Origin: Alphaproteobacteria bacterium
GTDB taxonomy: Bacteria; Pseudomonadota; Alphaproteobacteria; JAGPBS01
NCBI GenBank assembly: GCA_018063245.1
Contig: JAGPBS010000001.1
Location: 8 to 64,007 of the forward strand
Direction of reading: 5' to 3'
Length of the DNA: 64,000 nt
Shown: positions 1 to 8,599 of the stretch, piece after piece
Layout: every line of letters starts with the position of its first letter
Numbering within the stretch: the first letter of the stretch is position 1
The notes under the pieces: generated by a model
Database searches by the model: none
What the model saw: only the letters and a program-made list of their open reading frames with translations
What the model was told of the DNA's origin: nothing
Translations under genes and position numbers: made by a program

Positions 1-123
1 TAGGTGTTGTTCGTGCGTTAGCGTGTAATTTTATTTGCATTTGCGTATCCTCTGATGACTAAATAATTTATACCTAATAGCACATTACAAGAGTCTTGGC
101 AATCATCCGTTACTATACACCGC

Positions 124-199
124 GGGGGTGACAAAATGAGGAGCAGGGGTGATAAAGTGAGGAGCGGGAATGACAAAGAAGAAGACGGGAATAAGAAGT
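124..199. repeat. degenerate ~21-bp tandem repeat, ~3.6 copies
   Basis: Read directly: GGGGTGACAAAATGAGGAGCA / GGGGTGATAAAGTGAGGAGCG / GGAATGACAAAGAAGAAGACG / GGAATAAGAAG. The 18..215 minus ORF is just a translation of this repeat. Confidence 0.5.
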
Positions 200-229
200 A
201 ATTGATAAATATCAATTACTTCTTTGATT
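194..229. terminator. perfect 14-bp inverted repeat AGAAGTAATTGATA-AA-TATCAATTACTTCT followed by a T-rich tract; possible bidirectional terminator or operator
   Basis: The palindrome is read directly and overlaps the stop codon (216-218) of the minus-strand CDS. The run TTGATTTTGG follows it on the plus strand. Confidence 0.3.
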
Positions 230-1730
230 TTGGAAATGCGAAATGATTCAGTTTCATATTGCCTGCCTCATCCAGTGTAAAATCATATTCTCTTTCTGAT
301 GGCTTGCGCACGCCTTCTTGCGGAATACCAATTTCTCTCATGAGTTTCAATGTGATCAGCGTCGAGAAGAGGCCAAAATCAGGATTTTGAATTTGCGCTG
401 CTGTGAGTTGATGAATAAAGCTATCGATATCTTTTACGGTAAAGTTCGCTTGAGCTGTCATGTCCCGCTCGGCCAGGGGTTTGAAATTGAAATTGCCTTG
501 GCCAATTAGCTTAAAGACGTCATTTTCATAAAGAGCTCTATTGATTCTAAATTGGGTGCCTGCTTGCTTCATAGCTTTGATGAATGGAGGCAGGCTCCAA
601 TCGAGATTGATTTTATTGCCAGGCAAATGGGAGTCAACAAGAAATTGCCGAACAGCTGTCCAGAAAGCGGTTTGGGGAATTTTCTCTCCTGTTATATTGA
701 ACATCACAACTTCAGGGAGAATATTTTTGGGTAATGAGGGGTTGAGAAGATGCGGGTTATCAAGGCGGAATCCGACAAGTAAGCCAAACTGATTTTGATC
801 GAGGTTCTGGAGATCGATATGTTGTTCAAGATTTTCAAAAGTTAAATCGTATTTTTCAATCTGATGATTCACAGTCACGTTTTTTAACGAAAACTGGACG
901 TGTAATCCGTTGATAGAAGGCTCGAGCCTCTCTAGATTTTGATGCTGTACTTGCGCTTCGTCCTGGTTCCATTCAGCAAGGCCCATTGGCTTTAAGAGGC
1001 TCAAGTAAGTAATGAGCTCGAAGATATTTTGGTAGTGATCTTTCGACATGCCTTCTGATCTCGAGATAATTTTGAATTGATCCACTTTGATGGAGGGGAG
1101 CGTTTTACTCTCATGATGCCAGAGTTTTGTGATGTCGTAGACGAGAGAACTTTTAAGAGACTGAGGCCTGAGAGATTCAATTTTTTCTGAGATTGTGAGG
1201 CCCTCAATCTCTAAAAGAGGCTGTTTGAGTGCATCTGTTATATCAAAGGCTTTTGATCCTAGAGTCAAAGATGAGACAGCCTTTTGGCTGTAATCCCAGT
1301 CGCCTTCAAGGGTGCCTTGATGAATGTGAATCTCTCCAGTCGGAACATCACTCTCACCCAAAATTTTGATTGTACCAGGCAGCAGTGCTTTAAAGTGAAA
1401 TCCTTTTTGATCTGCATGCTTTTGGCAATTGATTGAAAATTGCCCAAGTCGAATCTTATGGGTGACTTTGCCGGAGGTAACTTGGTTGGCTGGGATCAGA
1501 TAGAGGTTTGCAATATCGAGCGTATATTGATCTTTCCCAATCTCTCTGACGTCAATTGTGCCTTCGGTTTGAGGAGCGTACTCAGACGGCAGAATGGGCG
1601 TGACTGCTTTTAAAAAGGAGGGGAGATCAACCACTTCCTTTTTGAAATCATCAAGGTCATAGGCCAGGCCTTTGACAGAAAAAAGAATGAGAATGCTGAG
1701 CGTGATAGCAAAAAAATGTTTTTTGATCAT
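216..1730 (-). CDS. secreted hypothetical protein (~504 aa) with N-terminal signal peptide
   Basis: Long ORF whose N-terminus MIKKHFFAITLSILILFSVKGLA looks like a signal peptide. Its start overlaps the ubiG stop by 4 nt (ATGA), so it is co-transcribed with ubiG. No recognisable catalytic motif. Confidence 0.6.
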   Translation of the reverse strand: MIKKHFFAITLSILILFSVKGLAYDLDDFKKEVVDLPSFLKAVTPILPSEYAPQTEGTIDVREIGKDQYTLDIANLYLIPANQVTSGKVTHKIRLGQFSINCQKHADQKGFHFKALLPGTIKILGESDVPTGEIHIHQGTLEGDWDYSQKAVSSLTLGSKAFDITDALKQPLLEIEGLTISEKIESLRPQSLKSSLVYDITKLWHHESKTLPSIKVDQFKIISRSEGMSKDHYQNIFELITYLSLLKPMGLAEWNQDEAQVQHQNLERLEPSINGLHVQFSLKNVTVNHQIEKYDLTFENLEQHIDLQNLDQNQFGLLVGFRLDNPHLLNPSLPKNILPEVVMFNITGEKIPQTAFWTAVRQFLVDSHLPGNKINLDWSLPPFIKAMKQAGTQFRINRALYENDVFKLIGQGNFNFKPLAERDMTAQANFTVKDIDSFIHQLTAAQIQNPDFGLFSTLITLKLMREIGIPQEGVRKPSEREYDFTLDEAGNMKLNHFAFPKSKK

Positions 1731-2506
1731 GTGGAAGGCTCATTTTCTTTTTTGGCATAAAGCATGTAATTGATGGAAAGATCTTTGGGGTTTAATGAAA
1801 AACGGTCGCTTAAAGGCGAGTAAGTAATGCCCATGAGGTTTTGAACTTTTAAGCCATTGCCTTGAATTTCAGCGATGAGTTCTGAGGGTTTCAAAAACTT
1901 TTGCCAGCTATGTGTTCCTTTTGCAAGCCATCTTAAAACATATTCAGCGCCGATAATGCCAAAGAGATATGATTTCGCTGTTCTATTTAAGGTTGACATG
2001 AAAAGCAATCCATCCTTAGCAACCAATTGGCTGATGGAAGTGATAAAGAAGGAAACATCATCCACGTGCTCCACAATCTCCATAGCAAGCACAATGTCGA
2101 ATCGTTTTTTGCCTTTGAGCATGTCTTCAGCCGTTTTGTGATGAGAGGTGATATCAAGCCCCATTTGTTCAGCATGGAGCTTTGCTATTTTGATGTTTCT
2201 TTCTGCGGCATCAATGCCAATAACCTCAGCGCCTAATCTTGCAAATGGTTCTGATAAAAGGCCGCCACCTGAGCCAACATCTAAGATGGTAAGGCCTTGA
2301 AATGGTTTATCTTTTGTAAGATCGCGATTGAATTCTGTTGCAATGACTTTTGTCATGTAATCAAGACGCACAGGGTTAAATTTGTGCAGAGGAGCAAATT
2401 TTCCTTTAGGATCCCACCAACTTTCAGCTAAAGAATTGAAAAATGAAATTTCATTCTCATTCGCTGTTGTTTTTTTTTGTTTTGCCATATAATCTTGAGG
2501 AGTCAT
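1727..2506 (-). CDS. ubiG: bifunctional 3-demethylubiquinone 3-O-methyltransferase / 2-polyprenyl-6-hydroxyphenol methylase UbiG
   Basis: SAM-methyltransferase motif LDVGSGGGLLSEPFARLGAEVIGIDAAE and UbiG-type FDIVLAMEIVEHV. It is divergent from lysC, as in many alphaproteobacteria. The true start may be the internal MAKQKK at 2488. Confidence 0.85.
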   Translation of the reverse strand: MTPQDYMAKQKKTTANENEISFFNSLAESWWDPKGKFAPLHKFNPVRLDYMTKVIATEFNRDLTKDKPFQGLTILDVGSGGGLLSEPFARLGAEVIGIDAAERNIKIAKLHAEQMGLDITSHHKTAEDMLKGKKRFDIVLAMEIVEHVDDVSFFITSISQLVAKDGLLFMSTLNRTAKSYLFGIIGAEYVLRWLAKGTHSWQKFLKPSELIAEIQGNGLKVQNLMGITYSPLSDRFSLNPKDLSINYMLYAKKENEPST

Positions 2507-2559
2507 CTTAATTTGTTAATCCTTGAAGTTAGTTCACAGTTTACTGCAAAGTATCGTAC

Positions 2560-3849
2560 ATGAAAAGACTTGTTTTAAAATTCGGCGGCACATCGATGGC
2601 ATCAATGCCTCAAATCAAAAGAGTTGCCCAAAAAATCGCTCACGAATATCAAACACATAAAGAGATATGCGTTGTTGTCTCTGCTATGGCAGGCGTTACA
2701 GATGAATTGGTTCAGCTTTGTTCTGAGGCTAGTCTTTTGCATGATACAAAAGAGTATGACTCAGTTGTCTCAACAGGGGAGCAAGTCTCAGCTGCCCTTC
2801 TTTCCATGTGTTTACAACAGCTTGGACTCATGTCACGATCATGGCTTGGGTGGCAAATACCGATCATCACGAATGATCATCATGGCTCTGCACATATTCA
2901 GAGAATTGAAACGGCTCATTTAGAAGAGGCCTTTCAAGAGCAGGAAATCGCTATTGTCTCAGGTTTTCAAGGCGTGACTCAAAAAGGAAGAATCACAACG
3001 CTTGGACGCGGCGGCTCAGATGTTTCAGCTGTTGCACTCGCTGCAGCTTTGGGTGCTAGCAGATGTGATATCTACACTGATGTTGATGGTGTTTATACAG
3101 CCGATCCACGGATTGTGCCCCAAGCTCAAAAGATCAATCAAATCTCCTTGTCCGAAATGCGCATGCTTGCCTATATGGGCGCGAAGGTTTTACACCCGCG
3201 ATCAGTTGATCTTGCAGATCGGCATTCTGTTTCAGTTCAGGTTCTTTCAACATTCTCAGACAGGATTGGGAGTGAAATGCCAGGTACCTTGGTGATTCCA
3301 GATGACCAATCGGCTTCCCTTTCACGTATTTCAGGCGTTGCTCAATTGCGTGCTCTTCATGTTGTGCGCTTCAATTTGACAGCCGGTGATAATGCATTTT
3401 TAGAAGGGTTTCTTGACCGTTTGAGACAAAATCATGTCACGATATTGTCCCTGAATGAAAGGGTTTTACATGATAAACTCACTGTGACAATTGGCTTCTT
3501 ATCAAAAGATTTGCCTAAAGTTGAAAAGATATTACAGAATTCAAAGAGAGATCTTGGCTCAAAATCATATGAAATCTTGCTTTCTTATGCAAAAGTGTCT
3601 ATTATAGGGATGCATTTGGCCAGAAAAGCTGAGTATATTGAGCGATTTATTAATTTATTTCATGAAAAAAAGATTTCTTATCTTCATTTTTCATTTTCTG
3701 ACCAGAATTTAACAGCTCTTATCCCTGAAGATTATGTCGAGCTTGTTGTAAGAAGCTTGCATCAAGGGTTCGAACTTGATAAAAGTATAAATGAAACGTC
3801 GTTGTTATTACAGGATGAACAAAGTGGATATGCAACAAAAATTAGATAG
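2560..3849 (+). CDS. lysC: aspartate kinase
   Basis: N-terminal KFGGTSMAS signature, 429 aa, and a C-terminal regulatory (ACT-like) region. Confidence 0.9.
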   Translation: MKRLVLKFGGTSMASMPQIKRVAQKIAHEYQTHKEICVVVSAMAGVTDELVQLCSEASLLHDTKEYDSVVSTGEQVSAALLSMCLQQLGLMSRSWLGWQIPIITNDHHGSAHIQRIETAHLEEAFQEQEIAIVSGFQGVTQKGRITTLGRGGSDVSAVALAAALGASRCDIYTDVDGVYTADPRIVPQAQKINQISLSEMRMLAYMGAKVLHPRSVDLADRHSVSVQVLSTFSDRIGSEMPGTLVIPDDQSASLSRISGVAQLRALHVVRFNLTAGDNAFLEGFLDRLRQNHVTILSLNERVLHDKLTVTIGFLSKDLPKVEKILQNSKRDLGSKSYEILLSYAKVSIIGMHLARKAEYIERFINLFHEKKISYLHFSFSDQNLTALIPEDYVELVVRSLHQGFELDKSINETSLLLQDEQSGYATKIR

Positions 3850-4837
3850 GCTCTGGAAACGTGGTACTGATTTCCTAGGGTGTGAGTATGCAATTTTAGG
3901 TGGGGCCATGACGTGGGTTTCTGAGCGTCATTTGGTCTCAGCGATTTCCAATGCGGGTGGTTTCGGGATTCTAGCCTGTGGTGCGATGACTCCAGATTTG
4001 CTGAGTCAAGAAATTGCAGCCACAAAAGCGCTCACAAAAAAGCCATTTGGTGTGAACTTAATCACAATGCATCCAGACATTGAGAAATTAATCGAGGTTG
4101 CAGCATCGCATCAAGTTGGTCACATTATTTTGGCAGGCGGCTTGCCTTCTGCGCGTCAAATTGAAGCTGTAAAAGCCTCAGGTGCAAAGTTGATTTGCTT
4201 TGCCCCAGCTCTGGTAATTGCAAAAAAGCTCCTTAAAATGGGAACAGATGCTTTTATCATTGAAGGGATGGAAGCGGGTGGTCATATTGGATCTGTGTCA
4301 ACATCTGTTCTTGCACAAGAAATTCTGCCAGAAATTCGTGATGTGCCGGTTTTTGTTGCTGGTGGTATTGGTCGCGGAGAGGCAATTTTATCTTATCTTG
4401 ATCAAGGTGCTGCAGGTGTTCAGCTGGGAACCCGTTTTGTTTGTGCCTCTGAATCAATTGCACATCCACAGTTCAAAAATGCATTTATCAAGTCTCATGC
4501 CCGTGATGCGCAGACTTCAGTTCAATTAGACCCAAGATTGCCTGTAATCCCTGTGAGAGCTATTAAAAACAAGGCATCGCAAGCCTTTTTGGATAGGCAG
4601 CGTGAAATTGTCAAACAGCTTGATGATGGATTGCTTGAGTTAAAAGAAGCACAGCTTGCTGTTGAACATTTTTGGGCAGGATCTCTACGCCGCGCCGTTG
4701 TCGAGGGTGATATTGAAAATGGTTCTGTAATGGCAGGGCAATCTGTTGTTTTTGTGACAGAAGAGCAGCCTGTTGAAATAATCATCAATGACCTGCGCGC
4801 GCAAATCCATAGCGCTTTGATGCAAAGAGCTGCGTAA
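3830..4837 (+). CDS. nitronate monooxygenase family / FabK-like enoyl-ACP reductase II
   Basis: FLGCEYAILGGAMTWVS...AISNAGGFGILA matches the FMN-binding NMO/FabK N-terminus. The ORF track start at 3791 lies inside lysC, so the ATG at 3830 is more likely; it overlaps the lysC 3' end by ~20 nt. Confidence 0.75.
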   Translation: MQQKLDRLWKRGTDFLGCEYAILGGAMTWVSERHLVSAISNAGGFGILACGAMTPDLLSQEIAATKALTKKPFGVNLITMHPDIEKLIEVAASHQVGHIILAGGLPSARQIEAVKASGAKLICFAPALVIAKKLLKMGTDAFIIEGMEAGGHIGSVSTSVLAQEILPEIRDVPVFVAGGIGRGEAILSYLDQGAAGVQLGTRFVCASESIAHPQFKNAFIKSHARDAQTSVQLDPRLPVIPVRAIKNKASQAFLDRQREIVKQLDDGLLELKEAQLAVEHFWAGSLRRAVVEGDIENGSVMAGQSVVFVTEEQPVEIIINDLRAQIHSALMQRAA

Positions 4838-4984
4838 TACCAATCGCCATTTTAAATGATCATTAAAAAGTGCTTTTTGATATTCAAGATTCGATTTATT
4901 AAAAAAATGTTTACATTTAAATAGTTTTTGTTATATACTGACCTTAAGGGCAGTAATATGCCTTTTTTATTTTTAGAGGTGAGT

Positions 4985-5500
4985 ATGTTTCGGAGAGTTG
5001 TGAGTCTGTTAGGGCTGTTACTGGGTATTTGTGTTTTATTTGCTCCATCAAGTCTGGCGATCCTAGAAAAGAAACCAATGAAGATGGTTGACTATATTCT
5101 GGTTGAAAAAAAGAAGCGTCGTATGACACTCTTTTCGCAGAATGAAAAATTGAGAGAATATCAGATTGCCTTGGGATTTAATCCTGTTGGGCATAAGCAG
5201 AAAAAGGGTGATGGGAAAACGCCTGAGGGAATCTATACGATTGCCAAAAAGAATCCCAAAAGTGCTTTTTATCGGACACTGAAGATTTCTTATCCGAATG
5301 ATCAAGATCGAGCAAAAGCACGCAGCAAAGGTGTTTCACCTGGTGGCGATATCATGATTCATGGCCTCAAGCATGGGAGAGTTGGTAAGAAACATCTCCA
5401 GTGGGACTGGACCCATGGCTGTATGGCTCTCACTAATGAAGAAATGAGAGAGATCTATGATTCGACAAGAGTCGGGACTGTGATTGAGATTCGGCCTTAG
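4985..5500 (+). CDS. L,D-transpeptidase (YkuD domain) with signal peptide
   Basis: THGCMAL catalytic Cys motif (cf. SHGCIRL) with a conserved His upstream. Signal peptide MFRRVVSLLGLLLGICVLFAPSSLA. RBS AGAGGTGAGT precedes the ATG at 4985 (the ORF-track TTG start is at 4928). Confidence 0.8.
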   Translation: MFRRVVSLLGLLLGICVLFAPSSLAILEKKPMKMVDYILVEKKKRRMTLFSQNEKLREYQIALGFNPVGHKQKKGDGKTPEGIYTIAKKNPKSAFYRTLKISYPNDQDRAKARSKGVSPGGDIMIHGLKHGRVGKKHLQWDWTHGCMALTNEEMREIYDSTRVGTVIEIRP

Positions 5501-5533
5501 TCATTATCAAGACTTTTGAACGTTGTCATTATG

Positions 5534-5657
5534 CGTCACTCAGAGGGCTCCCACAGGAGCCCGTGGAGTCTTTGCGATATATCAAGAATAATTATTCTTA
5601 GTCATTATATTGATGAGATTCCACACCACCTCTTGGGGAGGTGGCTCTGAATGACGG
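5534..5657 (+). repeat. type-A palindromic element, copy A1
   Basis: CGTCACTCAGAGGGCTCC-N-GGAGCCCGTGGAGTCT...GAGATTCCACACCACCTCTTGGGGAGGTGGCTCTGAATGACGG, with terminal inverted repeats and three internal hairpins. Confidence 0.8.
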
Positions 5658-5674
5658 TATGGATGGTACGTGCT

Positions 5675-5782
5675 CGTCATTGCGAGCCCTTTAGGGCGTG
5701 GCAATCTACTTATTTAGTTTGATGAGATTGCCACGTCAGCTCCGTCTTCGCTCCGCTACGACGAGGCTTCCTCGCAATGACG
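5675..5782 (+). repeat. type-B palindromic element, copy B1 (adjacent to A1)
   Basis: CGTCATTGCGAGCCCTTTAGGGCGTGGCAATCT...AGATTGCCACGTCAGC...CCTCGCAATGACG, with perfect terminal inverted repeats CGTCATTGCGAG/CTCGCAATGACG. Confidence 0.8.
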
Positions 5783-5845
5783 TTCTTTTTCCTTGCCTTA
5801 TTATTGGCGTCCATATATGACGGGTGAGTGAATCGGCTATGTGAC

Positions 5846-7279
5846 CTATAAAGGTAAAGTAATCTTGACTCTAAGGCCGCCTTTAGGACTATCAGAGAGT
5901 TTGATATCGCCGCCGTGTGAGAGAATAATATCGCGTGTGATCGGAAGGCCAAGGCCGATGTTGCTATTTCTTTTTATAGAATCAGTGCTTGCAAGGCGAA
6001 CGAAGGGTTTAAAGACACTCTCTCTATCTTGTTTAGGGATGCCTGGACCATTGTCATCAATGTAAATGATGAGAAATTGAGTGAGCTTCTTTGTGCGGAG
6101 CCAGACGGTATCGCCATAGTCAAAACCGTTGTTGATGAGGTTAATGAGGGCGCGTTTGAGCGCATTCGGTTTGATTGGCATTTTAAAATCAAGATCCGGA
6201 CTCTCATCTGATGAAAAAATGAACTTGCGATGTTGACGTTTCACTTGCGAGGTCAAATCTGTTAGAAAGTTTGAGATTTTGACGGATTGATTTTCCTCTG
6301 TGCCTTCTCCTTTTGCAAAGGTGAGATAGGCATTGATCATCTCTTCCATATCGATAATGTCATGATCGATTTCAGAGACATATTTGTCGATATTCTTTTT
6401 AGAGGCTTGGCTTGATTTGATCATCTCAAGGGCAAGATTCATGCGCGTGAGGGGGGTTCTTAAATCGTGTGAAACACCAGCGAGCATTTCAGTTCGTTGC
6501 TGAATTTGCTGTGTGATTCTTTGTTTCATTTTAATGAATGCATTGGCAGCCTGCCGAACCTCAAGGGCGCCTTTGGGCCTGAAATTTTTATCATCGCGGC
6601 CTTTACCAAAATTGTCAGCCGCATTGGCAAGGCGAATAATAGGCCTGATTTGATTGCGCAAGAAGATGATTGCGATGGTGAAAAGAATGATGGATGAACC
6701 AATCATCCAGACAATGAAAATATAGGTTGTTGAGGTTGAAAGACGTCTTTTATGGATGTCAAAAATCAAAATACCATCTTTGACCTGAACGCTAATGAGC
6801 ATGTGATCTTGCTTTGATTTTGCATCAATTGCGTAGTTTGCATCGAGAGAAGATTCGAGTGCATTGCTGAGGATTTGGGTTGTGAGCGATGGGTAGGTTC
6901 TGATTTTATTTTTGAGCTTTAATTTTTTTTCATATTGCACTTTGATTTTGAAAAATTTTTCAATTTGATCGAACAGTGGTTTTGAGGATTGAGGATTTGG
7001 CAGTTTTTCAAATTCAGAGATTGTATATTCAATTTCTGTAATAAGATGTCCTGCTAATTTTTGAGTGAGTGTTTCCACATGACGAACATAGAAAACATAA
7101 GTTGAAATGAGCTGCAGTAAAATAAGTGGAACAATAATGATGAGTAGCGCTCTTTTAAAAAGAGTGCGAGGTATAAAGGCCTTTAATTTTGAGAATGGAT
7201 CATAAGGTTGGGACAAGCAGAAGGTATCCTTTGTTGCGAATTGTTTTGAGGTAGTTAGGGTGCTTTGGGTCATCGCCAA
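5846..7279 (-). CDS. EnvZ-like sensor histidine kinase (membrane, HAMP + HisKA + HATPase)
   Basis: H-box AGVSHDLRTPLTRM, two TM segments, G-box GLGLPITRDIILSHGG. It overlaps the response regulator 3' end (7200-7279), so the true start is probably downstream of 7279. Confidence 0.85.
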   Translation of the reverse strand: MAMTQSTLTTSKQFATKDTFCLSQPYDPFSKLKAFIPRTLFKRALLIIIVPLILLQLISTYVFYVRHVETLTQKLAGHLITEIEYTISEFEKLPNPQSSKPLFDQIEKFFKIKVQYEKKLKLKNKIRTYPSLTTQILSNALESSLDANYAIDAKSKQDHMLISVQVKDGILIFDIHKRRLSTSTTYIFIVWMIGSSIILFTIAIIFLRNQIRPIIRLANAADNFGKGRDDKNFRPKGALEVRQAANAFIKMKQRITQQIQQRTEMLAGVSHDLRTPLTRMNLALEMIKSSQASKKNIDKYVSEIDHDIIDMEEMINAYLTFAKGEGTEENQSVKISNFLTDLTSQVKRQHRKFIFSSDESPDLDFKMPIKPNALKRALINLINNGFDYGDTVWLRTKKLTQFLIIYIDDNGPGIPKQDRESVFKPFVRLASTDSIKRNSNIGLGLPITRDIILSHGGDIKLSDSPKGGLRVKITLPL

Positions 7280-7895
7280 TTTTTTTACGCAAACGCGTGA
7301 CTAGAATGTCAAAGGAGCGTGAGAAATAATCTGTTTGAAAAGCATTTGACAAGAGATCACGCGAGACCGGTTCTCCATTTTTCTCCCAAAGAATATGCAG
7401 AAACTTTGATTCCGTTTGGGTGAGGGGAATTTCAATCTGATCAATGAGCAGCTTTTGTTGCCCTGGGGAGAATTGCCAGAGGCCTTTTTTCAAGAAAAGA
7501 TTTGTGTGCGGTGCTTTTGTTTGATTCTGCCTTTTCAGAATCGATTTAATGCGGAGCAATAGTTCTTTCGGGTCAAATGGCTTTGCCAGATAGTCATCAG
7601 CGCCTTTCTCAAGGCCAGTGATTCTGTCTTCCGTATTGCCTCTAGCGGTCAATAGAAGGATCGGAACATCATTGTGGAATTTGTTCCGGATTTCATCTGT
7701 GAGTGAAAGACCATCTTGTCCAGGCATGGTGATATCCATAATGATGAGATCAAATCTTTGGTCTTTCAGAATTTTTTTAGCGGCATTTGCATTTTCTGCC
7801 GTTGTGACTAAGTAATCGTGATCAGAGATATAAGTGTGCAGCAGATCTCTCAATCTTTCATCATCATCAATAATTAAAATCGAAAAGTCTGACAT
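7200..7895 (-). CDS. OmpR-family response regulator
   Basis: Receiver domain MSDFSILIIDDDERL...DLIIMDITMPGQDG plus a winged-helix C-terminus. SD AAGGAAAG precedes the ATG at 7895. The ORF track extends to 7976 through a TTG. Confidence 0.85.
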   Translation of the reverse strand: MSDFSILIIDDDERLRDLLHTYISDHDYLVTTAENANAAKKILKDQRFDLIIMDITMPGQDGLSLTDEIRNKFHNDVPILLLTARGNTEDRITGLEKGADDYLAKPFDPKELLLRIKSILKRQNQTKAPHTNLFLKKGLWQFSPGQQKLLIDQIEIPLTQTESKFLHILWEKNGEPVSRDLLSNAFQTDYFSRSFDILVTRLRKKIGDDPKHPNYLKTIRNKGYLLLVPTL

Positions 7896-7909
7896 GTTGT
7901 CTTTCCTTG

Positions 7910-8599
7910 CTAAATATGATACTTCTGCTGTAATGATGCGTAGCTTTTCATCATGATAGGAAGGTAAGTTTTGCACTCGTTATATATCATATTTGCTGTA
8001 GGTTGCTTGTAAGTATGTGAGGTGAGATTGCGATTTTCCATCATTTTTAACCATACTGTTTCATCGTCGATCAATTTGAGAGCAAAGGATTGTTGAAAAG
8101 TTGCTCGAGGAGATTGAACCTCGATCCCTTCTTGATAGCAGATTTTTTTGAGCATTTTCCAATAAAGTTTAAAGCTATATTCAAAAATTTGAATTGTTGC
8201 TTCTGTTAGATAAGGGTGTTTATCTTTATCCATTTGTGAGACATCTTGAAATTTCTCAAGAGCTTCGCCTAGGTCTAAAAAGAGTTCGTACCAGTCATAA
8301 TTATTCTCAACTCTTTTAAAGAGAACAGACTTTGTTTTTTCAATGTCAGCTTTTAGGGCAGAATCTTTCAGTTGATCAAACCTGAGGCAGTCAATTTTTA
8401 AGAGAGTATCAGCAGAATCAATAATATTTCGAATATTTTGCCATTCTTCGCTTGTGGCCTTTGGACAGAGAATAGCCAAATCGATATCAGATCGTTCAAG
8501 AGATGTGTTTTTGGATCTTGAGCCAAATAACCATATTTCATTTACATAGGGAAGGCTTCGGAGACGATAATAGAATTCATATTGTTTGATAGAATGCAT
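7910..8599 (-). CDS. fused Pol-beta-type nucleotidyltransferase + HEPN/KNTase_C-like protein (MNT-HEPN or ANT-like)
   Basis: N-terminal LFGSRSKNTSLERSDIDLAIL matches the GS-x(9-10)-SDxD nucleotidyltransferase motif. The C-terminal helical region carries ENRNLTSH, an R-x4-H HEPN motif. Its start overlaps the upstream gene stop (TAATG), and its stop is 14 nt from the response-regulator RBS. Confidence 0.6.
   Translation of the reverse strand: MHSIKQYEFYYRLRSLPYVNEIWLFGSRSKNTSLERSDIDLAILCPKATSEEWQNIRNIIDSADTLLKIDCLRFDQLKDSALKADIEKTKSVLFKRVENNYDWYELFLDLGEALEKFQDVSQMDKDKHPYLTEATIQIFEYSFKLYWKMLKKICYQEGIEVQSPRATFQQSFALKLIDDETVWLKMMENRNLTSHTYKQPTANMIYNECKTYLPIMMKSYASLQQKYHI

Noticed and set aside
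18-215. 65-aa minus ORF upstream of coordinate 216
   Set aside because: It is a translation of the 21-bp tandem repeat (the LSPLLLILSPP-type sequence), so it is not a credible gene.
3791-3829. Extended N-terminus of the NMO/FabK-like ORF overlapping lysC by 59 nt
   Set aside because: Alignment logic (the FLGCEYAILGGAM core lies ~14 aa from the FabK-type N-terminus) favours the internal ATG at 3830. The long overlap is probably an ORF-caller artefact.
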